A stretch of 64,000 nucleotides of DNA from Octopus sinensis (GCF_006345805.1 NC_043007.1:17546001-17610000); one strand, 5' to 3'; counted from the stretch's first letter, positions 36,694 through 49,599 are shown. Notes: a model not told the origin generated them from the letters alone. Program-made: numbers and translations.

Positions 36694-37018
36694 GAAGGCA
36701 CGTGGCTTAGTGGTTAGGGCATTCGACTCACGATTGTAAGGTCGTGAGTTCGATTCCCGGCGACGCGTTGTGTCCTTGAGCAAGACACTTTATTTCACGT
36801 TGCTCCAGTCCACTCAGCTGGAAACATGAGTTTTACCTGTATTTCAAAGGGCCAGCCTTGTCACACTTTGTGTCACGCTGAATCTCCCTCTGAGAACTAC
36901 ATTAGGGGTACACGTGTCTGTGGATTGCTCGGTCACTTGCATGTTAATTTCATGAGCAGGCTGTTCCGTTGATCATATCAGCTGGGACCCTCGTCGTCGT
37001 AACAGACGGAGTGCTCCC
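36694..37018 (+). mobile_element. SINE family D (CORE) carrying the same tail as the family B copy at 34537
   Basis: gaaggcacgtggcttagtggttagggc..gttgtgtccttgagcaagacactt then tatttcaaagggccagccttgtcac...cgtcgtaacagacggagtgc. Confidence 0.85.
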
Positions 37019-37390
37019 ACATTGTACATCTATACGAGATGCTTTCTCGAGACGAAGCCCACAGTTCCAAGCTTTCAACAGTATTTCTGCGTTAAGTGTG
37101 AGTGTGTGTGTGTGTGTGTGTGTACATATACAGCATTCGTTCTATTTAAACAATAATAATTATCAACAAAAGCAAGGTTCTTCCTTCTTAAATACACCTC
37201 TCTCACCCATTTATACTTCTCACTCTTTCAATGTCACCTGTTAATAACAAAAAGAAGCTGGAGGTGAGGGAGGAGCTGCTAAGAAAACCAGTTTTAGTGA
37301 ATAAAAAGTAAGTTAATGAAATAAGGCCACGTTCCATTTCATGGTATTACTGGTTTATTAGAATCGTTGTCGTCGTCTGTTTTATTTCAA

Positions 37391-37533
37391 AGAGTACAGC
37401 AGGGTTCACCACCATCCCCTGCCGGAGCCTCGTGGAGCTTTAGGTGTTTTCGCTCAATAAACACTCACAACGCCCGGTCTAGGAATCGAAACCGCGATCC
37501 TACGACCGCGAGTCCGCTGCCCTAACCACTGGG
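37391..37533 (-). mobile_element. SINE family B head, abutting a headless family C copy (about 37535-37815)
   Basis: Reverse complement of cccagtggttagggcagcggactcgcggtcgtaggatcgcggtttcgattcc. Confidence 0.8.
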
Positions 37534-37904
37534 CTGTAGTAGACACACACACGCGCCAAGTGTCTACTACAGCCCTGGGCTGACCAATGCTTTGTGAATA
37601 AATTTGGTAGATGGAAACTATTTCGAAGCCTTAAGTGTGTATACATACACGAATGCGAACATGTATGTGTGTGTGTGTGTATACGTGTCCCACAACCACT
37701 TGACAACCGGTATTGGTTTGGTTACATTCCTGTAACTTAGTGGTTCGGCAAATGAAACCAATCGAGAAAGTACCAGACTTAAAAATAAGTACTAGGGTTG
37801 ATTTGTTCGACTAAACCAGGGGACCCCAAACTTTTTGGACCATCGACCCTTTCATGGAATTTTGAGCCCCCCTTATCACCCCCATCTCAGGCATGTACAA
37901 GAAA

Positions 37905-37926
37905 ATAAATAATGATAATAATAATG

Positions 37927-37960
<34 letters not shown>

Positions 37961-38073
37961 TGATAATAATAATAATAATAATGATGATAATAATAATAAT
38001 AATAATGATGATAATAATAATGATAATAATAATAATGATGATGATGATAATAATAATGATGATGATGATGATG

Positions 38074-38107
<34 letters not shown>

Positions 38108-38132
38108 GAAGAAGAAGAAGAAGAAGAAGAAG
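37905..38132. repeat. Compound (TAA)n/(TGA)n/(AGA)n microsatellite
   Basis: Directly visible. Confidence 0.95.
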
Positions 38133-38316
38133 ACTGACATCATGTACTAATACCGAAGCATTGTCCTTCTTACCATTACACCCATCTCACGAATCGTAAG
38201 TATGCATAATCCGAAAAAGAAAAGAAAAATGTGTAAAAAAAAAAGTTATATTACAATGTCAAAGAGCAAGAGAAACTGTTAAATGCTTTACGAAAGTGTA
38301 CAAGCGCTGATGCAAG

Positions 38317-38558
38317 TACATACCTATTTCTTTATTGCCCACAAGGGGCTAAACATAGAGGAGGGGACAAACAAGGACAGACAAAGGGATTAAGTCGATT
38401 ACATCGACCCCAGTGCGTAACTGGTAGTTAATTTATCGACCCCGAAAGGATGAAAGGCAAAGTCGACCTCGGCGGAATTTGAACTCAGAACGCAACGACA
38501 GACGCAATACTGCTAAGCATTTCGCCCGGTGTGCTAACCATTCTGCCAGCTCGCCGCC
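38317..38558 (-). mobile_element. SINE family A monomer, CpG largely intact
   Basis: Family A consensus on the minus strand; tgcaagtacat on both flanks. Confidence 0.85.
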
Positions 38559-39535
38559 TTCTGCAAGTACATCGTTGATTAATTGAAGTCACAGTTGCTT
38601 ATTGTCATATTGTCTTAAGGTTGTTTTTTTTTATATCCTGAAGTAGTTGACAGCTCACCATGGTCACTAAGTCTAGGCGTTCGAAATCGCTAATCACTCA
38701 AATTAAATTAAAATAAAATAATAATTACTATCACAATCTTCTTAATCTCAATTAAGCTCCAATAATAATAAAACAGCATTTTGAAAATACTTGTCAATGC
38801 AACGACACACAACTGAAATAACAGCTATAAACGTTTAAATAAACAAAAACGATAGAAAAAAAGTGAAGGTTTTTCAAACCAAAAAAATTACTTCACTATT
38901 TCTCAGATTTATTTTTCTTGGGAGGTATAACAAAGCAAAATCAAAGTTTCTAATTCTGGATATTAAAAGGACTTTTAACCAACGCAAGTTAAATATTTAT
39001 CATTCTTACAGCATAAAATTAAAATGGTATTTTCGTAGAATGACATTCTTTCGGCTTTAGCAGCAGAAGTGTCAAATTTGTTTATTAATTTCAGTAATGT
39101 TTTTTTTTTAATTTATTCACTTTTGTTTTTATGACGTGTGGAAGGCGACATTTACCTTGAAGTGAGATGGGAAAGTGAAAGATGTATTGAAAAACAAAGT
39201 AACTCAGTAACAGAACAATGTCGATGAGAATATGACTTGATTTTGGTAGGCCGGAGGCGAAATGTTTTTTTCCTACGAGAGTTCCGGATCCCAGTTATGA
39301 ACTCATTTGCAGACTACCAATCAGAGCTCAACTATCAAACTAAGGACAGCCTCCAAGTCCTGTTTCCTGACCAAGTAAAAATGATCAAACTTTAAGCCTC
39401 TATAACTTAAAAAAATAAAATAAAATAACTTTTCTGGAAAAAGTGAAGTAACTCCAGCAATTCAGCTTGAAAAACTACATTAATGCACCAAATTTTAAAT
39501 TTTTCAATAAACTTTGATTTTTTAAAATCTTGGAA

Positions 39536-39666
39536 GCCAATCAGAAAAGATCCTTTGACTATTTAGACTTAAATAGGACAATATTGGCTTGTACGCGTGT
39601 TTTCTGCAAGTGGTCACATGACCAAATGCGTTTGTACTGATTGGATGCTTTAAGTTATCCAATCAG
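39536..39666. promoter_or_regulatory. Cluster of three CCAATCAG boxes around the near-palindrome TGGTCACATGACCA
   Basis: gccaatcag 39536, tggtcacatgacca 39611-39624, ctgattgg 39637-39644, ccaatcag 39659-39666; could alternatively be TE-derived. Confidence 0.35.
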
Positions 39667-40223
39667 ACCGCTTGCAAAACTAGCAAAAGCGTGCTGAGTT
39701 TTGAGCCACCCGACAACTATAATGAATTTTCTCTAAGCTAACTGAGAAAGGAGAAAATTGTCAGTAGAAGACTTTGACGCAATGCTTTCTTTTCTCATGC
39801 ACCTCATCATGTGTACAAACTGCACAAGGAACCTATGGATTTTTGCTAACAGTATTATTCATGTTGTTTGCTGTATCTTCTTTTTGTGGAGAAATAAATG
39901 TGACCATCAATTTTAACCTGTGTTTTCGTATTTATTAGTGCTCTTAACCATGACTCGTTTGAAACCAGAAGATTATAATATTACCAGGGCCGTAGCCACA
40001 TCACTTTCTTCCACAAAATATCCTTCTGGAGTTGATAAAATACCAGACAAGAACTTAGGTCAACTCTTCTCCCAAATTTGTAGCTTTGTGTAAGTAAGAA
40101 ATAATTATTATTGGATGACAGAATAGATAGAACGCCACATTAAAATAAAAAACCGAGTGTTGGTATTTTAGTTACTTTCTGAGTTTGAATTCCATTGGAA
40201 TTAACTTTGTTTTGCATACCTAT

Positions 40224-40451
40224 AAGAACATCATCATCATCATCATCATTTAAAGTCCGCTTTCCATGCTAGCATGGGTTGGACGATTTTGACTGAGGGC
40301 TGGCGAACCAGATGGCTGCACCAGGCTCCAATCTTGATCTGGCAGAGTTTCTACAGCTGGATGCCCTTCCTAACGCCAACCATTCCATAAGTGTAGTGGG
40401 TGCCTTTTACGTGCCAACAACACAGGGGCCAGTCAGGCGGTACTGGCAATG
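40224..40451 (-). mobile_element. RTE-LINE 3' UTR copy (CpG-intact)
   Basis: (cat)n ttaaagtccgctttccatgctagcatgggttggacg... Confidence 0.85.
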
Positions 40452-40879
40452 TTAAAATAAATACCATTCAAGTAATGTGATCGATTTAAATCGATTATAG
40501 CCACCCTTCTCAAATATGCGGCTTTGTGCCAATGTTGGAAATGTATATCTCCTACCCCATCCCTTTTTGTATTTATTTTTCTTGACCCCTAGCCTCATAA
40601 AGCCAGTTATTCGGTTTCCATAGCGTATAAGTGTCTGAAACTGCAATATACCCGCTGAGTGGGATGCCAATACATTGCAGGGTTCAAGACCAGAAATTTT
40701 AAGTGGGGAAGAGACAAGTCAATTATATTGATTCCAGTACTTGATTGGATGAAAGGCAAACATGACCTTAGTGAGATTTGAACTCAGAACGGAAAGGACC
40801 AGAAGAAAAGCCACTACATATTTTGTCTGATATGCTAACGATTATTTTCTACTCTAGGCACTAGGCCCAAATTTTTTGG

Positions 40880-41240
40880 GGAGGGGGCTAGTCGATTAGC
40901 TCGACCTCAGTACACAACTGGTACTTAATTTATCGACCCCAATAGGATGAAAGGCAAAATCGACCTTGGCTGAATTTGAACTCAGAACATAAAGACAGAC
41001 GAAATACCTGTTTCTTTATTACCCACAAGGAGCTAAACACAGAGGGGACAAACAAGGACAGACAAACGGATTAAGGCGATTACATCATCCCCAGAGCGTA
41101 ACTGGTACTTATTTAACTGACCCCAAAAGGATGAAAGGCAAAGTCGACCTCGGCGGAATTTGAACTCAGAACGTAACGGCAGACGAAATACCACAAAGCA
41201 TTTCGCCCGGTGATCTAACGTCTCTGTCAGCTCGCCGCCT
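40880..41240 (-). mobile_element. SINE family A with tandem partial repeat
   Basis: Restart junction gacgaaatacctgtttcttt at about 41000-41015. Confidence 0.8.
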
Positions 41241-41988
41241 TGCTTCCTCTGTTTGCTCCGTAAGAAAAAAAAAATCAATCTGTGAACCAAATACTCTTAC
41301 ACTCTTTTTTGTACAATCGACCTGGCTATGTTTTGTATATATTTGTAGTGAACTTAGCTGATGGATGAATACGAAAGAGATGTGAAGCAATCATAGTTTA
41401 AATAGATAATCCGCATTCCCTTGCCCCACAACAAACACGAGTTTCTTTTCTCTGTCTTTTCTACAACATAAATCCAAGAATGAAAAGTACTAAACGATGA
41501 ATAGTAATCATTGCCAAACATGTATTGATTTGATAACTTCTGAGAGGAACAGTCGGAGTGTTCTTATATGCTGTATCATAAATTCATTCATTTATTAAGA
41601 CGTGCACTGTGAATGAAAACCTGTTTTCCTAGTGATTCGTTGCTGCGACACGAGTTCGATTCGCGGTAGATACAAGTTAACTTCAGTTACCCCTAATAAT
41701 ACCATTGGGAAAAGCAAGGACATTACAGTACCCCATTTACCCTTTCTCCTTATAATATAAAGTTTTTGTACCTTTTATTCAAACGAGATCAATAATCCAT
41801 TGATTCAGTTCTTATGCTTCATTGAACACATCGCTAGCATCTGGAAGGTGGAATGTTAGTGATGGATGAGTACATGAATTGATTGGGTAGGAGTGTCTAG
41901 GGCAATGAGAGAAGGGGGGATTGTTGATTGAACCTAAATAGTACAGCAACTGGCATTTAAAAGGATCATCTGTGTATTTACTGCCTTT

Positions 41989-42408
41989 GGATCTTTTCGG
42001 TTTGAACGGCAGTTTTTTAACATAATTTCCACATAACTAAACACTTTTAAACTTCGTATACTGGTAGAATGTGTTTATATAACATCTTTTTCTCTTGGCT
42101 TTATTGAGAAAATTCTATAGTTTGTAAGATATTTGTTGTATTTTTTCCTTCAATTTCTGCAATTTCAACCAATCAATAATGTCCATTAGGTAAAAACCAT
42201 TCTGTGCCGTATGAACATGTCCCTCGTTTAAGAAACAGATTGGGTTTATTTACATTTCTGAAGAAAAAAAGATACCCTTCCCTCCACCCCTAACCTTAAC
42301 CCTAAAACAGATTGAAATGCAATAGATCGATACTAGGGTCATAATTATGGGTGACATAATTATGGGTGACACCACTAGAAAAAACTGCCGTTCAAACCGA
42401 AAAGATCC
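41989..42408. mobile_element. Merlin-like MITE, second copy
   Basis: ctgccttt|GGATCTTTTCGG ... CCGAAAAGATCC|ctgccttt (perfect 8-bp TSD). Confidence 0.85.
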
Positions 42409-44306
42409 CTGCCTTTAATAAAGATGTAGTCATGTGATGAGAATTATTCCACTTTTAATAGCATCAAACATTGGGAAGATCACCTGCCAGCTGTTGGATA
42501 GGTTGTCAGACAACGTAGGCTGCTGTGTAGATGGAAACACTCGGCTTCCCAAGATTTCCAGTCCCACTGCTCACATATAACTCATATACACATAAGTATG
42601 CATGCACACATACTCAGACCTGTGTGTGAATAGTTCTTAGAGCCATTTGGCATCTATTTCTAGCATGTGGCACAACTCATTAGTACCCTTATTATAATTA
42701 TATTTATATAATTATATATTTGTATTAATTGTTACCTATATGGACATAAAAACTATGAAAGAAGGCGAATAAGTACCGGGGGTGGGGGAAAGAAGAGAGT
42801 ACTAACACTCGGTCGTTCTTGGACTCTCAGAATATAAACGTAAACACCTGGAAGACTTTCCCTCTATTCATTACTAAACGTCTTTCCCTCTTCATTTTTA
42901 AAAGTAAAGTAGATAGAAAAGATCAATAGTATTTCAGCCTAATTGTCATTGTAAAGAACTGATGCTTTCCTTTCTCTGTCTCTGTTGCTTCACTCCTTTT
43001 CTCTGCGGTTAAGAGAGTGAAAGTGTGTGGCTCAGTGGCTTGGGGTATTCGGCCCACGATTGTAAAGTCATGAGTACGATTCCCTGCGGCACACTGTGTT
43101 CTTGAGCAGGGTACTCTACTTCCCCTTGTTGCAGTCCACTCAGCGGGCAAAAGTGAGTTATGGCTGTAATTGAAAGGAGCCAACCTTGTCACATTCTCTG
43201 TGAGGCTGAATCTCCCTGAGAACTACCTTATGGTATGCATGTCTGTGGAGGACTCAGCCACTTTTGTGTTAATTTTACGAGCATACTGTTCTGTTGATCA
43301 GATAAACATCGTCATAACCAATGGAGTGCCATTTTTAAAAAAGAGTGAATGAAAAGGAAGTATTCCATAACGTAAGACAAAAATATCATGTGTTTAGTAT
43401 AAGTAGTGAAAGGTAAAATGAAATAATTGCTATTCCGTTGTCTATTTGCCCTTGACTCGCGTTCGGTTTGATAACACAGCTTGCGCATCGATGTTTATCA
43501 GAGGGCTTGGCCTCTAGATTTGTGAGACCCACAAACGCCACTGTTAGGACCGGATTAACACCCATAGTGACCCTAATGACTAAAAATATTTTCCTGCCCC
43601 TATATAGGATCTTTTTTTCATTTTCTTCCAACAACTTGAAGGTTTATCTTGCTGCAGTCCACTCAGCTGACCAAAATGAGTTGTAGCTGTAAGTCAAAGG
43701 GACCAACCTTGTCATATTCTGTGTGAGGCTAAATCTCTCTGAGAACTACGTTAATAGCATATATGTCTGTGGAGTACTCAGCCACTTGCGAGTTAATTTT
43801 ATCCTCGCGTGGTAATGAAAAGTGAAAGTGACATCCAATATTTGTTGTAGTTATTTGTCTTTGATTTAACAATGTGTCTATGTATCTATGTTTCAATTTT
43901 TCTTCTGATCTATGTATCTACTGTTTCTCTCACTTTCTCTCTTTCTCTCTCACTTCCTCTGTGTCGACTCCTCTCTCCCACTTTTAATTTTACAATGAGT
44001 GTATGTATCTATGCATCAACTTTTCATTCGATCTATGTATGTACTTTTCTTGCGATGTATGTATCAGTCTACTCTGAAAATATTGATAAACATTTGAAAA
44101 CGCAAAACGAACGCAGTCACCAATCACTGTCTCTCTTACTCTCTCACTTTCTTTCTCTATCTTTCTCTTTCTCTCTCACTTCTTTGTACTCCACTCTCCC
44201 CCTTTGCTACTCACTTCTTCCTTTGAAGTAAGTGTGACACACCACCACAGGTACGTACGTACAAAAACAAAAAGTTGGCGTATTAATTTTATATATATAT
44301 ATATAT

Positions 44307-44643
44307 TACATTATTTACATTTGACAGTGATTTGTCCTCATCTTGATAGTTGTTAACACAACGTTTCGGCTTCATTGGGTGTCTCGAGGAAATTTCACAC
44401 CTGGGTTCTCATTCCCAAGGTATTTTTCAGTGTTGTTGTTGTTGTTATGATTATTATCCTTCCTTAATACTGGTTCTCATATGCTACCCATGTATGCATT
44501 CGGTCTGCTTAGGAGGTTGTTGTGTACTAGCATACCTTAGGAATGAGAACCCAGGTTCGAAATTTCCCCAAGATACCTGAGAAAGAAACGTGTTAACAAC
44601 AAACTAGATGAGGACAAATATTTCATCAAATGTAAATAATGTA
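44307..44643. mobile_element. Penelope-like inverted terminal-repeat pair with eroded hammerhead cores
   Basis: 44307-44423 inverts to 44532-44643; minus strand gacacccaatgaagccGAAACgttgtgtt and plus strand gatacCTGAGAAaGAAACgtgtt; flanked by (TA)n. Confidence 0.5.
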
Positions 44644-44671
44644 CATAATTCCGCATCTCTTAAATATAGAA

Positions 44672-44723
<52 letters not shown>

Positions 44724-45155
44724 CTTTTTCCTTTCATATATATATATATTGATAGATATGGCAAGACAACAAAAGAATGAAAGAGACCTCAATATTATGT
44801 AAATAGAGGAATTTATCTGCATTTATATATAATTCATTTTTTCAACTGTTGAACTTGAAGTACATAAATCTGTAAATAATAATGTATAAATATTGAGTAG
44901 CCTTCAACTTTTCTGTCCAAAGGGTTTTTATCCCCGTGACTTACGCACTATTGTAAATTTATCAAATTCATGTTCAACATACATACATACATACATACAT
45001 ACATACATACATACATACATACATACATACATGCATATAATATTCATATTTTTTCATTTAGTCATCTAAGATCAACGTCTGGGAAGCAGCACCTTGAACA
45101 AGATATTATTTATGCTAATACCAAACATTCACATCTATGGATGGCCTAATGGACC

Positions 45156-45928
45156 GGGGTACTGGACAATTTGAAAAGTTCAATGGTTCATATCCCATTA
45201 CCGGTAGGATACAATATCTGTGACCAAGATTCTCAACGGCTCAGTCTATTTTGGTATGAGGAGTACGTGTTTTTTTTTTTAAAGCCCGGGTCAGCAATGA
45301 TCAAAAGACATTCCAATCATAACAATCCAGTCCTTTTTCATTTTTTAGACAAAGTTTATCCAGCATTACGTTATCCAATATATTCGTTTTTTTTTTTAAA
45401 GATGGTCGGATATATTAACTGGAATATAAAAGCAAAAAAATTACTTTTATGAATCACACACACAATTCCTCTATCCCTCTCTTTCCTCTCTCTCTCTCTC
45501 TCTCTCTCAGATTTTCCCTCTTTCAGCCCCATATCGTGTTGTATGCCCCACACACCTGAGTAATCATGTAAGGAATTAAACACTAATGTCAAGTGCAGTA
45601 GCATACGTAGAGGAGGGGACAACGGGAAGAAGGGAGCGAAGGGGGTTAAGGAGGGCGAATGGGTGGATCGTGTGGAAAGAAGTGAAGGGAGCGGCCGCCC
45701 CCGGCAACGCTTTTATGGGGGTAGCACTTTTTGGATTTGTTTTATATATTCCTCTATTGGCTTGGTGGTACGGAAAGGAGAGAGAATCAAATGCAAGGGT
45801 TGCCCTGGGTGGAGCACACTCTAGCTACGCCACGTGCCAAACGGATTTTGAGAATCTTGGTCACAGATATTGTATCCTACCGGTAATGGGATATGAACCA
45901 TTGAACTTTTCAAATTGTCCGGTATCCC
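45156..45928. mobile_element. TIR element (about 80-bp arms) with a nested GC-rich MITE
   Basis: ggggtactggacaatttgaaaagttcaatggttcatatcccattaccggtaggatac...ctcaa inverted at 45849-45928; internal cagtagcatacgtag...ctagctacgccac (about 45596-45831); no TSD found. Confidence 0.7.
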
Positions 45929-45929
45929 T

Positions 45930-46186
45930 ACTGTGCAGGTGACACGTAAAAAAAAATAACTTTTTCGTGGCCATTGCCAGTACCGCCTGACTGTCCCTCG
46001 TGCCGGTTGCTTGTAAAAGCACCCACTACACTCTTGGAGTCGTTGGCATTAGGAAGGCATCCAGCTGTAGAAACTCTGCCAGATCAAGATTGGAGTCTGG
46101 TGCAGCCATCTGGTTAGCCAGTCCTCAGTCAAATCGTCCAACCCATGCCAGCGTTAAATTATGATGATGATGATGATGATGATGAT
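45930..46186 (+). mobile_element. RTE-LINE 3' UTR copy
   Basis: Same tail family, ending in (gat)n. Confidence 0.8.
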
Positions 46187-46508
46187 ATATTGAATCTGAC
46201 AAACAAGACAAAACTACTGGATGCTTATGGATAGACTACCTTTTGATTATAACTCTCTGAATCAGAACTGACTGAGAGTTAAACAACAACAAAATATCTC
46301 GAGTGATGAAAACAAATGACATAAACACAGCTTTGCATCGCTAAATTGTCCAGATTTCTCAGTTGTCAAGAAACTGTCTCAAATAGCTTTTGTGGCCTAC
46401 TTTTACCTTCTTTGATCAGGCTTCAGCGAACAATGAATAGAAGCTATATGCATACACGCACGTACACACACACACATACACACACACACACACTGATACA
46501 TACATACA

Positions 46509-46540
<32 letters not shown>

Positions 46541-47117
46541 ATGCTAAAAGATTGTTATCAAATGATGATGATGATGATAGCGATGACACTGGTGGTGCTG
46601 CTTCTGATGATGGTAGCGGCGATTCAGGCGTTACTTTTTTCTGATATTTATATAATGAAAATGTCACTGCATGTCACCAACAACTGTCAGTCTTACTTTT
46701 CTTAAAAAATAAAAAAAGATATAATTACGAGGTTGCGATATGTTCCTGTTTAATATAAGACTAATCACCTCATTGAAAGGTAAGCAGATCAGATCTAGCG
46801 TGGGTTGTCTAATTTTCATGTGGAGGATACCCACATGGGAAAGATCAAGGATTGAACACTAATATCATCTATATAAGAACATTTATAGATATAATTACGA
46901 CTGCATTTTCGTTGAACTATGTTCATTCTCTGCGGAGTTAGTATTTAACAGTGCAGCAAGGAAATTCCCATGATGCAATGTGACTCAATATTTGCTCTGG
47001 GGTTAGTCCTTCTCTTGCTGTTTAGCAATGTTTATGCATCAATAAATAATAACTTAGCTAATAACAATTTGCTGCCAACCTTATGTAGTTTTAACAAAGG
47101 CTATAATAGTACGGTAT

Positions 47118-47590
47118 GTGGAGGTGCTTGGCTTAGTGGTTAGGGTGTTGGACTCATGATCATAAAGTTGTGGTTTCAATTCCTGGACCAGGCGATGCGT
47201 TGTGTTCTTGAGCAAAACACTTCATTTCAAGTTGCTCCAGTCCACTCAGCTGGCAAAAATGAGTAATCCTGTGATGGACCGGCATCCCGTGCAGGTTTTT
47301 CTACGCCACTGAAACCGGGAAACGGACCCTTATGAGCTTCACATGGCTCGAGAAGGAACATTTGGTGGAGGCACATGGCCTAGTGGTTAGAGCAGTGGAC
47401 TCGCGGTCGAGGGATCGCGGGTTCGAATCTTAGAACTTTCTCTCACTCTTTCCTCCTGCATCTTGCAGCTCACCTGTGACGGACCGGAGTCCCGTCCAGG
47501 TAAGGAACCTATACGCCAAGGAAACTGGGAACCCGGCCCTATGAGCCAGGCATGGCTCGACAAGGAACAAATAACAACAACAATAATAGC
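47118..47590 (+). mobile_element. Two adjacent tRNA SINEs (D-type then B-like head) sharing a gatggac..cccgtccagg..gaaaccggg tail
   Basis: Heads at 47118 and 47367. Confidence 0.75.
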
Positions 47591-48178
47591 ACGTTGTGCA
47601 AATGTCTTCTACTGTAGCCTTTGACAGACCAAAGCCTTGTGAATGGATTTGATAGATGGAAACTGAAAGAAGACCGTCGTATACATACACACACATACAC
47701 TAATTTGTGTGTGTGGGGGTGCGCGCGCGAGTCTGCTCTTTGTGCTATATTTGTTCCCTACTATCTCTTGACAACTAGTGTTAATTTGTCTACGTCCATA
47801 TAACTTGGTTTGTGAAAAGAGGCCGGTGAGCTGGCAGAAACGTTAGCACGCCGAGCGAAGTGCTTAGTGGTATTTCGATTGTCTTTACATTCTGAGTTCA
47901 AATTCCGCCGAGGTCGACTTTGCCTTTCATCCTTTCGGGGGTCGATAAATTAAGTACCAGTTACGCACTGGAGTCGATGTAATCGACTTAATCCCTTTAT
48001 CTGTCCTTGTTTGTCCCCTCTATGTTTAGCCCCTTGTGGGCAATAAAGAAATAAGAATAGGTGTATCAGGCTTAAAACTAAGTTCGTGTTCGATTTCTTC
48101 GACTAAAAACTTCAAGGCAGTGCCCCAGCATGGCCGCAGTCCAATGACTAAGACAAGTAAAAGATAAAAGATAAAGAT
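47590..48178 (+). mobile_element. SINE family C with a family A copy (47823-48055) nested inside
   Basis: C body breaks at gtgaaaaga; A monomer; C tail resumes aataggtgtatcaggc...aagtaaaagataaaag. Confidence 0.8.
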
Positions 48179-48599
48179 TAAAAAAAAACAAAGCATGTCG
48201 GGGTGGAGCTAAGATGCTAATTTCACTTAAAACGATTACGAAGAATGGAATATTTGCGTGTAGCTGGAACGACAGTAATGTAACGATTCTCTGTTTAAAA
48301 TACAGAGGAAGTTCACCTTGTCGAGTTCACTGCTATTCATCAGTAACTAAATATCGTATTCTTATGCAGCCAGCTAGCTGTCACCATAATTGATAATGAA
48401 GTGTGGAATTGACCGAATAGAACAGAACATTTCAAAACATGGAATTGTTATTTGAGGGAGGAAATAGTATTCTTGTCTCATTACTTGTTTAATTGATGTA
48501 TACCTAAATAATACTCGGCAATTGCATAATAATCTACAAAAAAGAGGAAATGAACCATTCAACCTTTTGAAACAGTCTTTGTCTATTATCCTTTTACTT

Positions 48600-49070
48600 A
48601 TTTACGACATCGTTCATGTGTTTGTACTGGTTTTAGCTTTAAGGTTTTAGGGTTAGGATTAGGAATTTTGGGTTAGGGTTAGGGTTAGGGTTAGGGTTGA
48701 GAAAAATGAAAAATGAAGCACGAATGATTATGGTGGTGCCATGAAGTAAACATGCTTCAGATACACTCATTTATTCATATGAACGTAAATGAGATGAAAT
48801 ATGTCATAAATAACAGGTGACAAACGAAATATACACCGCCGGAAGTTGTTGTTGACAAACAACAGCAGTAGTTTTATTCATCACTGATTGCTTGATATTA
48901 CCGGAATACGACAACTTTAACACGAAATAACTTCCAAAATACAGAATTTTCTCAACAACGCCAAGAGTAAAAGATGTTTCATGTGACACATTCTACCAGT
49001 ATACGCAGTTTGAAAGTGTTTAGTTACAAAAAATTATTTTTTAAATCTGTCGGTCAAAAGGTAAAGATCC
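48600..49070. mobile_element. Right part of a long-TIR Merlin-like element with TTAGGG array
   Basis: (ttaggg)n at about 48645-48700; ends ctgtcggtcaaaaggtaaagatCC. Confidence 0.75.
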
Positions 49071-49469
49071 TCATCTCACGTTATGTACGTTCTATACATT
49101 GGTTATGTCATATATATTGTTTACATGAAATTATGGGGTGTTACTGTCGTCTCTTCCGTGGTTTCTACTGCAATTTACTTTCATTATTTTTAGGACATTT
49201 ACTTTCACTTTTTTACGACTGTAAACTGCATGCTAACTTTATATTGCTTCCCGAAGAACACGAATCTCTTGTGCACATAGTCATATGAAAAACAAGATTT
49301 GAGAAATGGAACTGCGGTCGATTGTTTTCAAATGAACCCTTATTAGATAGGTATCGAAACGGAATGAGAAATGCAAATAGCTAATAACAATTTTCGAGAG
49401 GATGTACAAGAAAAAAAGAAGTTGAGTGAATTGGTAATAGTCATCACTGCAAAAACTATTGAATATTAA

Positions 49470-49599
49470 TAATAATGATGGTGGTGACGATGATGATGAT
49501 GATGATGATGTTGATGATGATGATGATGATGATGATGACGACGACCACGACGACTATAACGATGACGGTAACGATGACAATGATAATGCTGCTACTGCT

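Noticed and set aside
37811-38199. Poly-N/D/I/L ORFs; also poly-D at 49459-49749
   Set aside because: Microsatellite artefacts.
46770-46850. Faint resemblance to a 5S rRNA-derived SINE head
   Set aside because: Only a few scattered matches; internal promoter boxes not recognisable.
48645-48700. TTAGGG runs as a real telomere or chromosome-fusion scar
   Set aside because: Short, degenerate and always at the same position within the Merlin-like elements.
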